Assembly (NCBI GenBank): GCA_029210745.1 | Contig: JARGFI010000011.1 | Coordinates: 72-64,071, forward strand | DNA: 64,000 nucleotides | Reading direction: 5' to 3' | Source of the DNA: Desulfuromonadales bacterium | Lineage (GTDB): Bacteria > Desulfobacterota > Desulfuromonadia > Desulfuromonadales > JAHYIW01 | Shown: positions 1 to 8,662 of the stretch, piece after piece | Layout: every line of letters begins with the position of its first letter | Position numbering within the stretch: the stretch's first letter is position 1 | The notes under the pieces: generated by a model | Seen by the model: only the letters and a program-made list of their open reading frames with translations | Database searches by the model: none | What the model was told of the DNA's origin: nothing | Position numbers and translations under genes: made by a program

Positions 1-259
1 GCACAAATCCGACATCTAATCCAAAGGGGGCGCCGATGGTCCTAAGTGTTTTCAGCGTCGGGTTCCCTTGCCCCGTCTCTACGGCCTGCAAGGTTTCGAA
101 GCCTATTTTCAAGACCTTTTCCGCGTAGTCCCTCCTGTTCATGCCCAATACCTTGCGCATCATTCTTGTTGCTTCCGCCAAGGTGATGCGCCCCTCCTCT
201 ATGGCGTCAAACAATTCCCGGCGCAGTCGCTTTATTTCTTTCTCATCTGGTCTTTTCAT
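1..259 (-). CDS. XRE/Cro-C1 family helix-turn-helix protein, putative HipB-like partner of the adjacent kinase (C-terminus runs off the window edge)
   Basis: Manual minus-strand translation from ATG at 259: MKRPDEKEIKRLRRELFDAIEEGRITLAEATRMMRKVLGMNRRDYAEKVLKIGFETLQAVETGQGNPTLKTLRTIGAPFGLDVGFV... This is a typical HTH_3 pattern. It starts 17 nt after the hipA-like stop. It is absent from the ORF track because it is open at the window edge. Confidence 0.7.
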   Translation of the reverse strand, partial: MKRPDEKEIKRLRRELFDAIEEGRITLAEATRMMRKVLGMNRRDYAEKVLKIGFETLQAVETGQGNPTLKTLRTIGAPFGLDVGFV

Positions 260-275
260 GGACACCGACCCCTTA

Positions 276-1466
276 TCACTGTGGCGAACACGCCTCTTTC
301 AATTTTTGGGCTATCTGCCGGATTCTTCCTAAAAGGTCATCGAAAAGGCTTTCCTCAACGCCGCAACAAATCATTATCTCTGGCAGACGCTCAACTTCGA
401 GGGCACAATCAGCAAACCAATTACGCAGGTCTTCGCTGTTGAGGTCTGTTTCCTTTTCGAGGTCCTCAGCTACACGGCCCCAGTCGGGCAATCCGATCTC
501 CTTTTCTCCTTCGGCGTCCCACCGATAAGCCCTGGCGATTCCTTCAGGGTCCTTAAACATCGGGGCAAAATCGAAGAGTGGAGACAGGACGACTTCCCCC
601 GAGGGAAATTTCAGAAATGCTGTGTTCCTTCCGTGGTTATCCGTGTTTCTCAGCGCAACATTGAGGATATCCCTTTTGATGTATTCCAGAATTTCTTTGT
701 GAGGCTCGGTTGTGTAGCGTCGGATCATCTTGCAGGCCTTGTTGTGGGAGCCTCTAATCCCAAATTCACTGATGCCGCAAATCGATGCCATGCTTTCCAG
801 CCCGAATCGCTCCACACCCCCTTGTGTCACCCGTCGATCAAAGCGACGGACAAAGAGAGCGCCGTCTTCATATTCCAGGGGGGCTGCGGTCCGCAGGCCG
901 AAGGCCCTGGCTACCTCGTAATAGGGCGCCTCGTTGCGAAGTACCAGCCTGTCAGCCTCTGTTTTTCCTCTTGGGAATTTGACCAGCCAATGGCACTTGG
1001 CTTGGTCTTCAGGGATGGCGCCCTCTGCATGCCAATGGCCTTTGTGGTCCTCCATCAGCAAAAATTTTGGAGCCTGTCCTTGCACGTCGCTGGCTCCCGC
1101 AACCAGCGCCCCGTTGGCTTCAGCGTACTCAATAAAGTCGACGTTTTTCTCTACAATCTTCTTCTTTTCAAAACCGGGGTGCTCTTTTGGCTCGACGGCG
1201 GCTCCGGCAATGCGAAGATTGCCGGGCGGATTCCCTGTCGCAAATCTCAAAAGCTGCCACCAGGAAGAAGCGTCATCTTTAATCCCAAGCATTTTGAGCC
1301 AGGCATCTCTTGCTGCGCCGGTCGGCAGCAGGTCGAGCAAAAAGGCCGGCCAACTGCCGCCTTCATAGCTGTCAAAGTTAATGGGGTAACGACACCCAAC
1401 CCGGTCGACGATTCGGTCTTCCTCCATTCGCGAGAGGACATAGTCAACATCATACAGGAGGCGCAT
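276..1466 (-). CDS. hipA: HipA-family serine/threonine kinase toxin (type II TA); N-terminus may extend to 1567 through a frame break
   Basis: 396-aa ORF with FLLDLLPTG (HipA N-domain), GQAPKFLL and TDNHGRNTAFL (HipA_C catalytic loop D-x-H-x-x-N). Confidence 0.8.
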   Translation of the reverse strand: MRLLYDVDYVLSRMEEDRIVDRVGCRYPINFDSYEGGSWPAFLLDLLPTGAARDAWLKMLGIKDDASSWWQLLRFATGNPPGNLRIAGAAVEPKEHPGFEKKKIVEKNVDFIEYAEANGALVAGASDVQGQAPKFLLMEDHKGHWHAEGAIPEDQAKCHWLVKFPRGKTEADRLVLRNEAPYYEVARAFGLRTAAPLEYEDGALFVRRFDRRVTQGGVERFGLESMASICGISEFGIRGSHNKACKMIRRYTTEPHKEILEYIKRDILNVALRNTDNHGRNTAFLKFPSGEVVLSPLFDFAPMFKDPEGIARAYRWDAEGEKEIGLPDWGRVAEDLEKETDLNSEDLRNWFADCALEVERLPEIMICCGVEESLFDDLLGRIRQIAQKLKEACSPQ

Positions 1467-2227
1467 TCAGCATGATACCCCGCCCCGTAATTTTTTCCGT
1501 AGACACCGAAGTCGGCTACCTTGCGCCACTCCCCTTCGGCATATATTTCAATTATGACCTCGTCCATCCATTAACTCAAAAATCTTTTTATTGGATTATG
1601 ACCCCATAAAAATGCCATACATTCTTTAAAAATTGGGCTTATAATACAATAATTATTATATTTTGGCTAATTAAATCTGCAAGAATTGGGGGGCGTTGTT
1701 AAGCTGGTTAACTTGTTGTTTTTCCGGGCATTCCCACATCTCAACCCGATTTCTCTTTAAAAAGGCCAGCCTTCCCAAACTCCTCGAATTTGATCACTTG
1801 TGCCCAAGGGGACGTAGCCGATATTTTGACATTCAGCGCTGACAGGTTCGGTCAGAGGGTCAACGTAGTTGATTTGTTGACTCAGTATCAAAATCATGCG
1901 AGATGAACATCATGCCACGAACCGCACGCCTTTGACATACCCGGAGTTCTCCAGCACGTGATCGTCAGCGGGGGATATTTTTCTTGATGACACCGACCGG
2001 CAGTCATTTCTGGATCGTTTTTCCAATTTGCTGACACTGACGAAAATGCGACACAAAGAGGACATCCTTGATATATTGACATTCGGATGAACATTGCAAG
2101 AATGTCAATATTTCAACTACATATGGCTATCAGCTTTCCGTATGACTGGAACGGTCATTCAAATTCTTGCGCCAGCGCCCAAACTCCTTTATGATGAATC
2201 CTTTATTAACCTCTCTGTTTTGAGCAT

Positions 2228-3226
2228 ATGAAACGACGCAATTTATTCATTATTATCGGCCTTGGGCTGTTCCTGTGGCTTGCTGCGGTCGGCGTCGTGG
2301 CCAGCCGTTTCTTGACCACCGCAGTGACTCCGTCGCACGCGGTACTGATCGACGTTGCACCGGGGCAGTCTTTTGCAACCACAACGCAACGGCTGGTTGC
2401 GCAGGGGGTCGTCAGTGATGGGCGAAAATTCAGATTGCTGGCCCGCTGGCGTCAAGCCGCCCGGCGGATCAAGGCCGGGGAATACGAATTTCGCGTGGCG
2501 GCAACCCCCGATCAGGTTCTTGCTCGGCTGATCTCCGGCGATGTCTACAAACGCAAGGTAACCATCCCGGAAGGGTTTGACCTGCGCCAGATCGCCGCAC
2601 GTGTCGCCGCTGCCGACCTTGTCCCGGCGACCGACTTTCTCAGCACAGTGACCGATCCGGCTTTTGTCCGTACACTGAATATCGATGCACAGACGTTGGA
2701 AGGCTACCTTTTCCCCGAGACATATGCCTTTTCCCGTGGCACCTCGGTGGAACAGATCGTCGCCGCCATGGTGGGGGAGTTACGTACCCGACTCAACCCG
2801 GAATTGCTCGCCGCTGCCGCGAAAGTGGGTCTTGATCCTCATCAACTGGTGACGCTGGCGTCGCTGATCCAGAAAGAGACCGGCGTCAATGCCGAAATGC
2901 CCCTGATCTCGGCGGTGTTTCACAACCGGTTGAACCTCCGCATGCCGTTGCAGACCGATCCGACGGTGATCTACGGGATTGAAAATTTTGATGGCAATCT
3001 GACCCGCCGTCACTTGCGCGCCCCGACGCCGTACAACACCTACACCTTTGTCGGGTTGCCACCAGGACCGATAGCCGCACCGGGCGCACAAGCGCTGCAC
3101 GCAGCGGCCCATCCGGCTGAGACTGACGCCCTTTATTTCGTTGCCAAAGGGGATGGAACCCACAAGTTTTCCGGCAACCTGCGCGACCATAATCGCGCAG
3201 TACGACGTTATCAACTTCGTCACTGA
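2228..3226 (+). CDS. mltG: Endolytic murein transglycosylase MltG (YceG family)
   Basis: N-terminal TM helix; motifs VTIPEGF, LEGYLFPETY, ASLIQKE, QTDPTVIYG, YNTY..GLPPGPIAAPG. Confidence 0.9.
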   Translation: MKRRNLFIIIGLGLFLWLAAVGVVASRFLTTAVTPSHAVLIDVAPGQSFATTTQRLVAQGVVSDGRKFRLLARWRQAARRIKAGEYEFRVAATPDQVLARLISGDVYKRKVTIPEGFDLRQIAARVAAADLVPATDFLSTVTDPAFVRTLNIDAQTLEGYLFPETYAFSRGTSVEQIVAAMVGELRTRLNPELLAAAAKVGLDPHQLVTLASLIQKETGVNAEMPLISAVFHNRLNLRMPLQTDPTVIYGIENFDGNLTRRHLRAPTPYNTYTFVGLPPGPIAAPGAQALHAAAHPAETDALYFVAKGDGTHKFSGNLRDHNRAVRRYQLRH

Positions 3227-3259
3227 ACTTTTTGGTGCTGACTATCGCAGCGGGGTACG

Positions 3260-5251
3260 ATGTCGCAACGCATTCTGATCGCTGAAGACAATCCGCATAT
3301 CTGCACCGCGCTGAGTGCACTCTTGCAGCGTCGCGGCTTTGCGCCCGAGACCGTCACCGATGGGGTGGCAGCACTCACGCGGATTGTTTCCTCCCCCCCC
3401 GATCTGCTCTTGCTCGACCTCAAGCTGCCGCGTCTGCACGGCGTCGATTTACTTAAAAAACTGCGTGCAAGTCTGCGCACCAAAGAGCTGCCAGTCATCG
3501 TCATGTCAGGGGTATATAAGGGCGACAAACACGTCCAGGCCGTGCGTTCACTCGGGGTCAGCCATTATCTCGAAAAACCGTTCAAACCGGAAACCCTGCT
3601 CGCGGCGCTTGAGGCGATGCTCCCGGCTGCCGCGAAACCGGCACGCCCTTCAGTTTCTGGCGGCAGCAGCGGGCCGTTATTGGCGTTTGATCAACTGTTG
3701 ATACAGGCCTGGCGACGCCGTTTTACCGGACGCTGTGAGCTGACCACTGCGACCGGAAATCACCTGCTGATCTTTTGCGACGGCTTGCCGGTCGCGGTTC
3801 GCCCCGGCTTTGTCTGTCGTGATCTTGGTGAATACCTGTCTAAACGTAAGCTGGTGACCGCGGCAGAGTGTCGTTACTATCACAGCGGTGGTGAAGGACG
3901 GGCCGAGGCATTCGTGCGCATGGGCTGCTTCGATGATATCGTCCTGGCGCGCGAGCAGTTCGGCTGGCTGGCGGAGGAGTTAACCGCCGGCTTCGGCCTG
4001 CCACCGGGGCAGGTCAAACTGCAACCACTCCCGCCATTATCCGACTGGCGACCACCTGGGGTTGGCATGGCACAGATCATCTATCATGGCTTCCACCGCC
4101 ATGGCAGTGTTGCGGCGCGACAGGAATTGCGACAACGTTTTGGCACCGAGTATGTCGCCTTTGCGCCCGCCTATTTTCGGCATATCAACTTTTTAGATCT
4201 CAACGAGGAGGAACAATCTTTTATCGTGCGTGTCGACGGTAACCGGCGGCTCGATGAGTGTCTGGGGGAGAGTGATAATTTGTTGCCCCTGCTGCAGACG
4301 ATGATCGCGTTACAGATGCTCAACTTCGCCCCCTCTCCACTCGTTTCGGCGACAGCCGATTTTCCGGTGCGGCGTTTTTTCAATATCCCGGAGAGCGACG
4401 ATCTTGATGTGGTTGAAGAAGCGACGCTGGTCAAATTTGACGATCTGGTCAGCGCCGATGATGACGAGGCAGATTTCGCGGCACCACCGATACCGATCAC
4501 ATCTCAGGATGAAACAGCGACAGCGGATCTGGGGCAGCGGATTCGTACCACCCATGCCGAATTTGAAGGGAAAAATTACTACGAAATATTCAAGTTGCGG
4601 CCGGGGGAATTCTCTTTTGACAAACTCAAGGAGCGTTATTTCGATTATACCCGCAGTTTCGGTCCGGAAGTGCTGATGCAGGTGGGAGGTGCCGAAGCGG
4701 TGCTGGTCGAAAAGATTCTCGATACCGTCACCACGGCCTATAACACCTTGTCCGACGTGGTCAAAAAAGAGCGCTACGACGAGATGCTCGGCTCCGAGAA
4801 GGTGGGGCTTGGCGAAGCGGGAGATGATCTTTTTCAGGCCCAGGTGCAATATCAGTCGGCCAAGGTTTTTCTGGAAATGGAAGAGTGGGATAACGCCGCC
4901 AGCGCCTTGCGCGACGCCATCAATCACGATCCTAAAAACGGGGAATACCAGGCGCATCTGGCCTGGGCAATCTATCGTAACCCCAAAAACGCCAGCAGCA
5001 AGGCGATGCTCGACAATGCGCGACAGATGCTCAATCGGGCGATTTCATACCAGAAAACCGCCGACGGCTTTGCCTACAAGGGGTGGATTCTGTTTGAAAA
5101 CGGGCAGGAGAATCTGGCTGAGGCGGAGTTCAGCAAGGCACTGAAAATCACCCCCCGCCACCCCCTTGCCCGCAAAGGGTTGCAAACACTGAATGAAAAA
5201 CGCGAGCAGGATAATAAAGGCCTGTTTAAACGGATGTTTCGCGGTGGATAG
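3260..5251 (+). CDS. Response-regulator receiver protein with central unknown region, J-domain-like segment lacking HPD, and C-terminal TPR
   Basis: N-terminus ILIAEDNP...LLLLDLKLP...VIVMSG fits a REC domain. KNYYEIFKLRPGEFSFDKLKERYFDYTRSFGPEV resembles a J domain but has no HPD tripeptide. The C-terminal repeats look like TPR. Confidence 0.7.
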   Translation: MSQRILIAEDNPHICTALSALLQRRGFAPETVTDGVAALTRIVSSPPDLLLLDLKLPRLHGVDLLKKLRASLRTKELPVIVMSGVYKGDKHVQAVRSLGVSHYLEKPFKPETLLAALEAMLPAAAKPARPSVSGGSSGPLLAFDQLLIQAWRRRFTGRCELTTATGNHLLIFCDGLPVAVRPGFVCRDLGEYLSKRKLVTAAECRYYHSGGEGRAEAFVRMGCFDDIVLAREQFGWLAEELTAGFGLPPGQVKLQPLPPLSDWRPPGVGMAQIIYHGFHRHGSVAARQELRQRFGTEYVAFAPAYFRHINFLDLNEEEQSFIVRVDGNRRLDECLGESDNLLPLLQTMIALQMLNFAPSPLVSATADFPVRRFFNIPESDDLDVVEEATLVKFDDLVSADDDEADFAAPPIPITSQDETATADLGQRIRTTHAEFEGKNYYEIFKLRPGEFSFDKLKERYFDYTRSFGPEVLMQVGGAEAVLVEKILDTVTTAYNTLSDVVKKERYDEMLGSEKVGLGEAGDDLFQAQVQYQSAKVFLEMEEWDNAASALRDAINHDPKNGEYQAHLAWAIYRNPKNASSKAMLDNARQMLNRAISYQKTADGFAYKGWILFENGQENLAEAEFSKALKITPRHPLARKGLQTLNEKREQDNKGLFKRMFRGG

Positions 5252-5263
5252 CGGTCGTTGACA

Positions 5264-5293
5264 TTGACATTTGACGTGCGCAACCGCTATCAT
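5264..5293 (+). promoter_or_regulatory. Candidate sigma70 promoter for def-fmt operon
   Basis: TTGACA (5264-5269, inside a triple overlapping TTGAC repeat), an 18-nt spacer, then TATCAT (5288-5293), about 110 nt upstream of def. Confidence 0.45.
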
Positions 5294-5400
5294 CAACGGG
5301 CGATGAGTCAAAGCATGACAGCCTGTTTTTCATGTCTCTTTTGAGCTTCGTGGCACAGAGCATTGATTTTTATTCCAGAACTGGATAACGAGTTTTAAAG

Positions 5401-5919
5401 ATGGCACTTCTTAAGATATTGCACTACCCCGATCCGGTTTTAAGCCGCGTGGCAGAACCGGTCGACACAATCGACGCTGCGTTGCGGACGCTGGCAAGCG
5501 ACATGGCCGAAACCATGTATGCGGCCCCCGGCGTCGGCCTGGCCGCCCCGCAGGTGGGGATATCCCGTCGCCTGATCGTTCTTGATTGCACCCCCAAAGA
5601 TGAACCACGGCAGCTTTATGTCGCGATCAATCCAGAGATAATTGCGCACAGCGGGACACTCTTTGAAGAAGAGGGGTGTCTTTCGGTCCCCGGATATTAT
5701 GCACGCGTCGAACGCGATGAAGAGATCACGGTACGTTTTCTTGATCTTGCCGGTGAGCAACACGAGCTGACCACTGACGGACTTTTGGCGGTGGCCTTCC
5801 AGCACGAAATCGATCATCTCAATGGAATGCTTTTTGTTGATCGACTGTCATCATTGAAAAAATCGCTATTTCGCAAAAAATACAAAAAAATTCTCGCCCA
5901 GCTGGAGGAATCCCTTTGA
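5401..5919 (+). CDS. def: Peptide deformylase
   Basis: Motifs GVGLAAPQ, EGCLSVPG, QHEIDHLNG. Confidence 0.95.
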   Translation: MALLKILHYPDPVLSRVAEPVDTIDAALRTLASDMAETMYAAPGVGLAAPQVGISRRLIVLDCTPKDEPRQLYVAINPEIIAHSGTLFEEEGCLSVPGYYARVERDEEITVRFLDLAGEQHELTTDGLLAVAFQHEIDHLNGMLFVDRLSSLKKSLFRKKYKKILAQLEESL

Positions 5920-6872
5920 TCCGTCCTGAAGAACTGCGCGTCGTCTTTATGGGAACCCCTGACTTCGCCCTGGCCGCCCTGGAAGGGCTGATTGCTGCCG
6001 GGGTTGATTTGTGCGGTGTGTTCACCCAGCCGGATCGCCCCAAGGGGCGCGGCAAACAACTGACCCCCCCGCCGGTCAAGCTGCTGGCTGAACGCCACAC
6101 CATCCCGGTTTTTCAACCCACCCGGTTGCGCAATCCCGAAGCGGTCGAAGTGGTGCGTTCGCTGGCTCCCGACCTGATTGTGGTCGTTGCCTACGGGCAG
6201 ATTCTACCTCAAAGTGTACTCGATATCCCCCGCTTCGGCTGCATCAATGTGCACGCCTCGCTGCTGCCGAAATACCGCGGAGCGGCACCGATCAATCAGG
6301 CCATTGTTGACGGTGCAACTGAAACCGGGGTGACAACGATGCAGATGGATGCCGGTCTTGATACCGGTGCCATGCTGGTCAAACGGGCGTTGTCCATCGG
6401 CCCCCTCGAAACAGCCGGGGAACTGCACGACCGGCTGGCCGTACTGGGGCGCGAGGCCCTCGAAGAAACCTTGCGCCAGCTGTGCACGGGGACACTGCAC
6501 CCCGAGGTGCAGGATGATGCCCTGAGCAGTTATGCCCCGCTGATGAAAAAGGAAGACGGGTTGATTGACTGGAACCGCAGCGCTGCGGCGATTCATAATC
6601 AGGTGCGCGGGTTGTCTCCCTGGCCCGGAGCTTATACGTTGCTCGACACCACCGTATTGAAACTGGCCGCAACCGCGCCGACAAACAGCCACGGCTCAGC
6701 CGGAATGGTGCTGGCGGTGGAGGCGGACGGAGTCGTGGTCGCCTGCGGGACAGGTGCGTTGCGTATCGGCACCTTGCAGTTGCCGGGGAAGAAGTGGCTT
6801 TTGGCGACGGAATTTGTTAAGGGGTACCCTTTGCCACCGGGAACCCGCCTGGGATCCGCTGGTGACAGATAA
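5916..6872 (+). CDS. fmt: Methionyl-tRNA formyltransferase
   Basis: VVFMGTPDFA, HASLLPKYRGAAPI; TTG start overlaps the def stop (TTGA). Confidence 0.9.
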   Translation: MIRPEELRVVFMGTPDFALAALEGLIAAGVDLCGVFTQPDRPKGRGKQLTPPPVKLLAERHTIPVFQPTRLRNPEAVEVVRSLAPDLIVVVAYGQILPQSVLDIPRFGCINVHASLLPKYRGAAPINQAIVDGATETGVTTMQMDAGLDTGAMLVKRALSIGPLETAGELHDRLAVLGREALEETLRQLCTGTLHPEVQDDALSSYAPLMKKEDGLIDWNRSAAAIHNQVRGLSPWPGAYTLLDTTVLKLAATAPTNSHGSAGMVLAVEADGVVVACGTGALRIGTLQLPGKKWLLATEFVKGYPLPPGTRLGSAGDR

Positions 6873-7668
6873 GGCACCACTGAGCGGCACGGTTTGTGCC
6901 GCCGAAGCAGCATACCGCCCCCGCAAACGCCTTTTCATCGGGCTGTTGATGCTCGCCTGCGGGGTGATTCTCGGTTTAACCGTCCTGCTCTGGTGGGTGC
7001 CGAGTGTCGGGCTGCATGCGATCCACCCGATTCTGCCGGCCATCTTTGGTACCCTGCTGGCCTTTCTGGTGTTTATTATTGTCGGCGGCCTGGCGCTGCT
7101 GATCCTCACCCTGCTCACTGAACGTGACCTGTTTATTTCTGAACGATTACGCGGAATTGTCATCCGCTACCTGTTTCCGGCAATCATCACCATCGGACGA
7201 CTGGTCGGCGTTGATCGAGACACCCTGCAACAATCATTTATCGTTCTCAACAACCAGCTGGTGCGCGCAAAAAAAATTCGCGTCCCCGCCGAGCGAGCGC
7301 TGATTCTACTCCCCCACTGTATTCAACTGTTCGATTGCGCGATCAAGATTACCGGTGATGTGGGCAAATGTGTCCGCTGCGGCAAATGTGATATTTCCGA
7401 GCTGACCGCACTGGCGGCGCATTACGACATCGACATTGCCGTCGCTACCGGCGGCACCCTGGCGCGCAAAATAATTGTCGAGAAGCGCCCGCTTTTTATT
7501 CTCGCCGTCGCCTGCGAACGTGACCTGACCTCTGGTATCCGTGATGCCTACCCGCTGCCAGTACTCGGTGTCCTCAACCGGCGGCCCCACGGCCCCTGCT
7601 TTAACACCAGTATTTTTTTTGACGAGGTTGAGCGCGCATTGCAGGAACACATTATCAACATCTCTTGA
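6862..7668 (+). CDS. DUF116 family membrane protein (start uncertain: GTG 6862 or ATG about 6946)
   Basis: TM helices followed by LLPHCIQLFDCAIKITGDVGKCVRCGKCDI...AVACERDL...PHGPCFNT. The 5' part of the track ORF (from 6754) overlaps fmt and is discounted. Confidence 0.7.
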   Translation: MTDKAPLSGTVCAAEAAYRPRKRLFIGLLMLACGVILGLTVLLWWVPSVGLHAIHPILPAIFGTLLAFLVFIIVGGLALLILTLLTERDLFISERLRGIVIRYLFPAIITIGRLVGVDRDTLQQSFIVLNNQLVRAKKIRVPAERALILLPHCIQLFDCAIKITGDVGKCVRCGKCDISELTALAAHYDIDIAVATGGTLARKIIVEKRPLFILAVACERDLTSGIRDAYPLPVLGVLNRRPHGPCFNTSIFFDEVERALQEHIINIS

Positions 7669-7757
7669 TTTTTTGCCGGTCGCTGCTTATATTAGCGACC
7701 AGAGCTGGGTAAAACGTGCACCGATGAACAACTTTTTTGACAAAGGATAAAACAACC

Positions 7758-8591
7758 ATGATCAATATGATCCGCACCACCGCACTGATGACGCTTCTGA
7801 CGCTGGTCCTGGTGTGGGCAGGGAACATGCTTGGCGGGCAGAGCGGCGCACTCTTCGCCCTGATTCTGGCAGGAGCAATGAACTTCGGTTCCTACTGGTT
7901 CTCCGATAAAATCGTGATCAAAATGTATCGCGGTCGTGAGGTAGGGGAAGGTCCGTTGTTTGACGTCGTGCATGAAATCTGTACCCGCAACAGTTTGCCG
8001 ATGCCGAAAGTCTACATCCTGCCGCAGCCCACGCCGAACGCTTTCGCTACCGGCCGCAACCCGCAGCATGCGGTCGTTGCGGCGACCGAGGGGATTACGC
8101 AGATCCTCAGTCGTGATGAGCTGAAAGGGGTGATGGCGCACGAGATGAGCCATGTGATGCATCGTGATATCCTCATCGGCTCAATTGCCGCGACCTTCGC
8201 CGGGGCCATTTCCTACATGTCGCACATGGCGCAGTGGGCAATGATTTTTGGCGGCGGACGGGATGAGGAGGATGGCAACCCGGTGGCGCTGATCATCCTG
8301 ATGATCCTCGGACCGATCGCGGCAATGCTGATCCAGATGGCGATTTCCCGTTCGCGCGAGTATGAAGCCGATCGCGGCGGCGCGCTGATGTGTGGCAATC
8401 CCCACAATCTGGCCAACGCCCTGCGTAAACTGGAGATGGCCAATAGCCGCATGCCGATGCCGCAAATGAACGAGGCGACAGCACACATGTTCATCGTCAA
8501 CCCGTTGCGCGGCGCTGGACTCAAAACTCTTTTTTCGACCCATCCACCGGTCGAGGAACGCATTCGCCGACTCGAAACCATGCAACCGTAA
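7758..8591 (+). CDS. htpX: Zinc metalloprotease HtpX (M48)
   Basis: [10 protein letters not shown] zinc motif, 4 TM segments, [10 protein letters not shown]; AAGGA RBS upstream of ATG 7758. Confidence 0.9.
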   Translation: MINMIRTTALMTLLTLVLVWAGNMLGGQSGALFALILAGAMNFGSYWFSDKIVIKMYRGREVGEGPLFDVVHEICTRNSLPMPKVYILPQPTPNAFATGRNPQHAVVAATEGITQILSRDELKGVMAHEMSHVMHRDILIGSIAATFAGAISYMSHMAQWAMIFGGGRDEEDGNPVALIILMILGPIAAMLIQMAISRSREYEADRGGALMCGNPHNLANALRKLEMANSRMPMPQMNEATAHMFIVNPLRGAGLKTLFSTHPPVEERIRRLETMQP

Positions 8592-8616
8592 CGGGCCTGT
8601 CAGCATAATCAGCTCC

Positions 8617-8649
8617 GGGGGCGTGACTCTCACGCCCCCGCTTTTTTTT
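8617..8649 (+). terminator. Rho-independent terminator after htpX
   Basis: GGGGGCGTGA-ctc-TCACGCCCCC perfect 10-bp stem followed by gcTTTTTTTT. Confidence 0.85.
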
Positions 8650-8662
8650 GGGGAATTCTCTC

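Noticed and set aside
68-1475. Plus-strand ORFs 68-442 and 633-1475 overlapping the HTH and hipA genes.
   Set aside because: They are antisense to well-supported minus-strand genes and have no recognisable motifs.
1568-2227. Search for a tRNA or tmRNA gene (a classic integration target) in the AT-rich spacer next to the TA islet; ORF 1894-2094 was also considered.
   Set aside because: I found no acceptor, T-arm or GGTTCGAAT-like pattern by eye. The 66-aa ORF has no RBS or motif and is Cys/Trp-rich in a way typical of random ORFs. A tRNAscan or Infernal run would be needed to be certain.
5345-5375. TGGCAC-N-TTG sequence upstream of def as a possible sigma-54 promoter.
   Set aside because: The spacing between the GG and GC elements is off by one (TGGCAC agagca TTGA). 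def-fmt is a housekeeping operon with a plausible sigma70 promoter upstream.
7669-7720. Hairpin GGTCGCT-N9-AGCGACC after the DUF116 gene as a possible terminator.
   Set aside because: No U-tract follows on the plus strand; the T-run precedes the stem. It may still be a structural element, but it is not a canonical intrinsic terminator.
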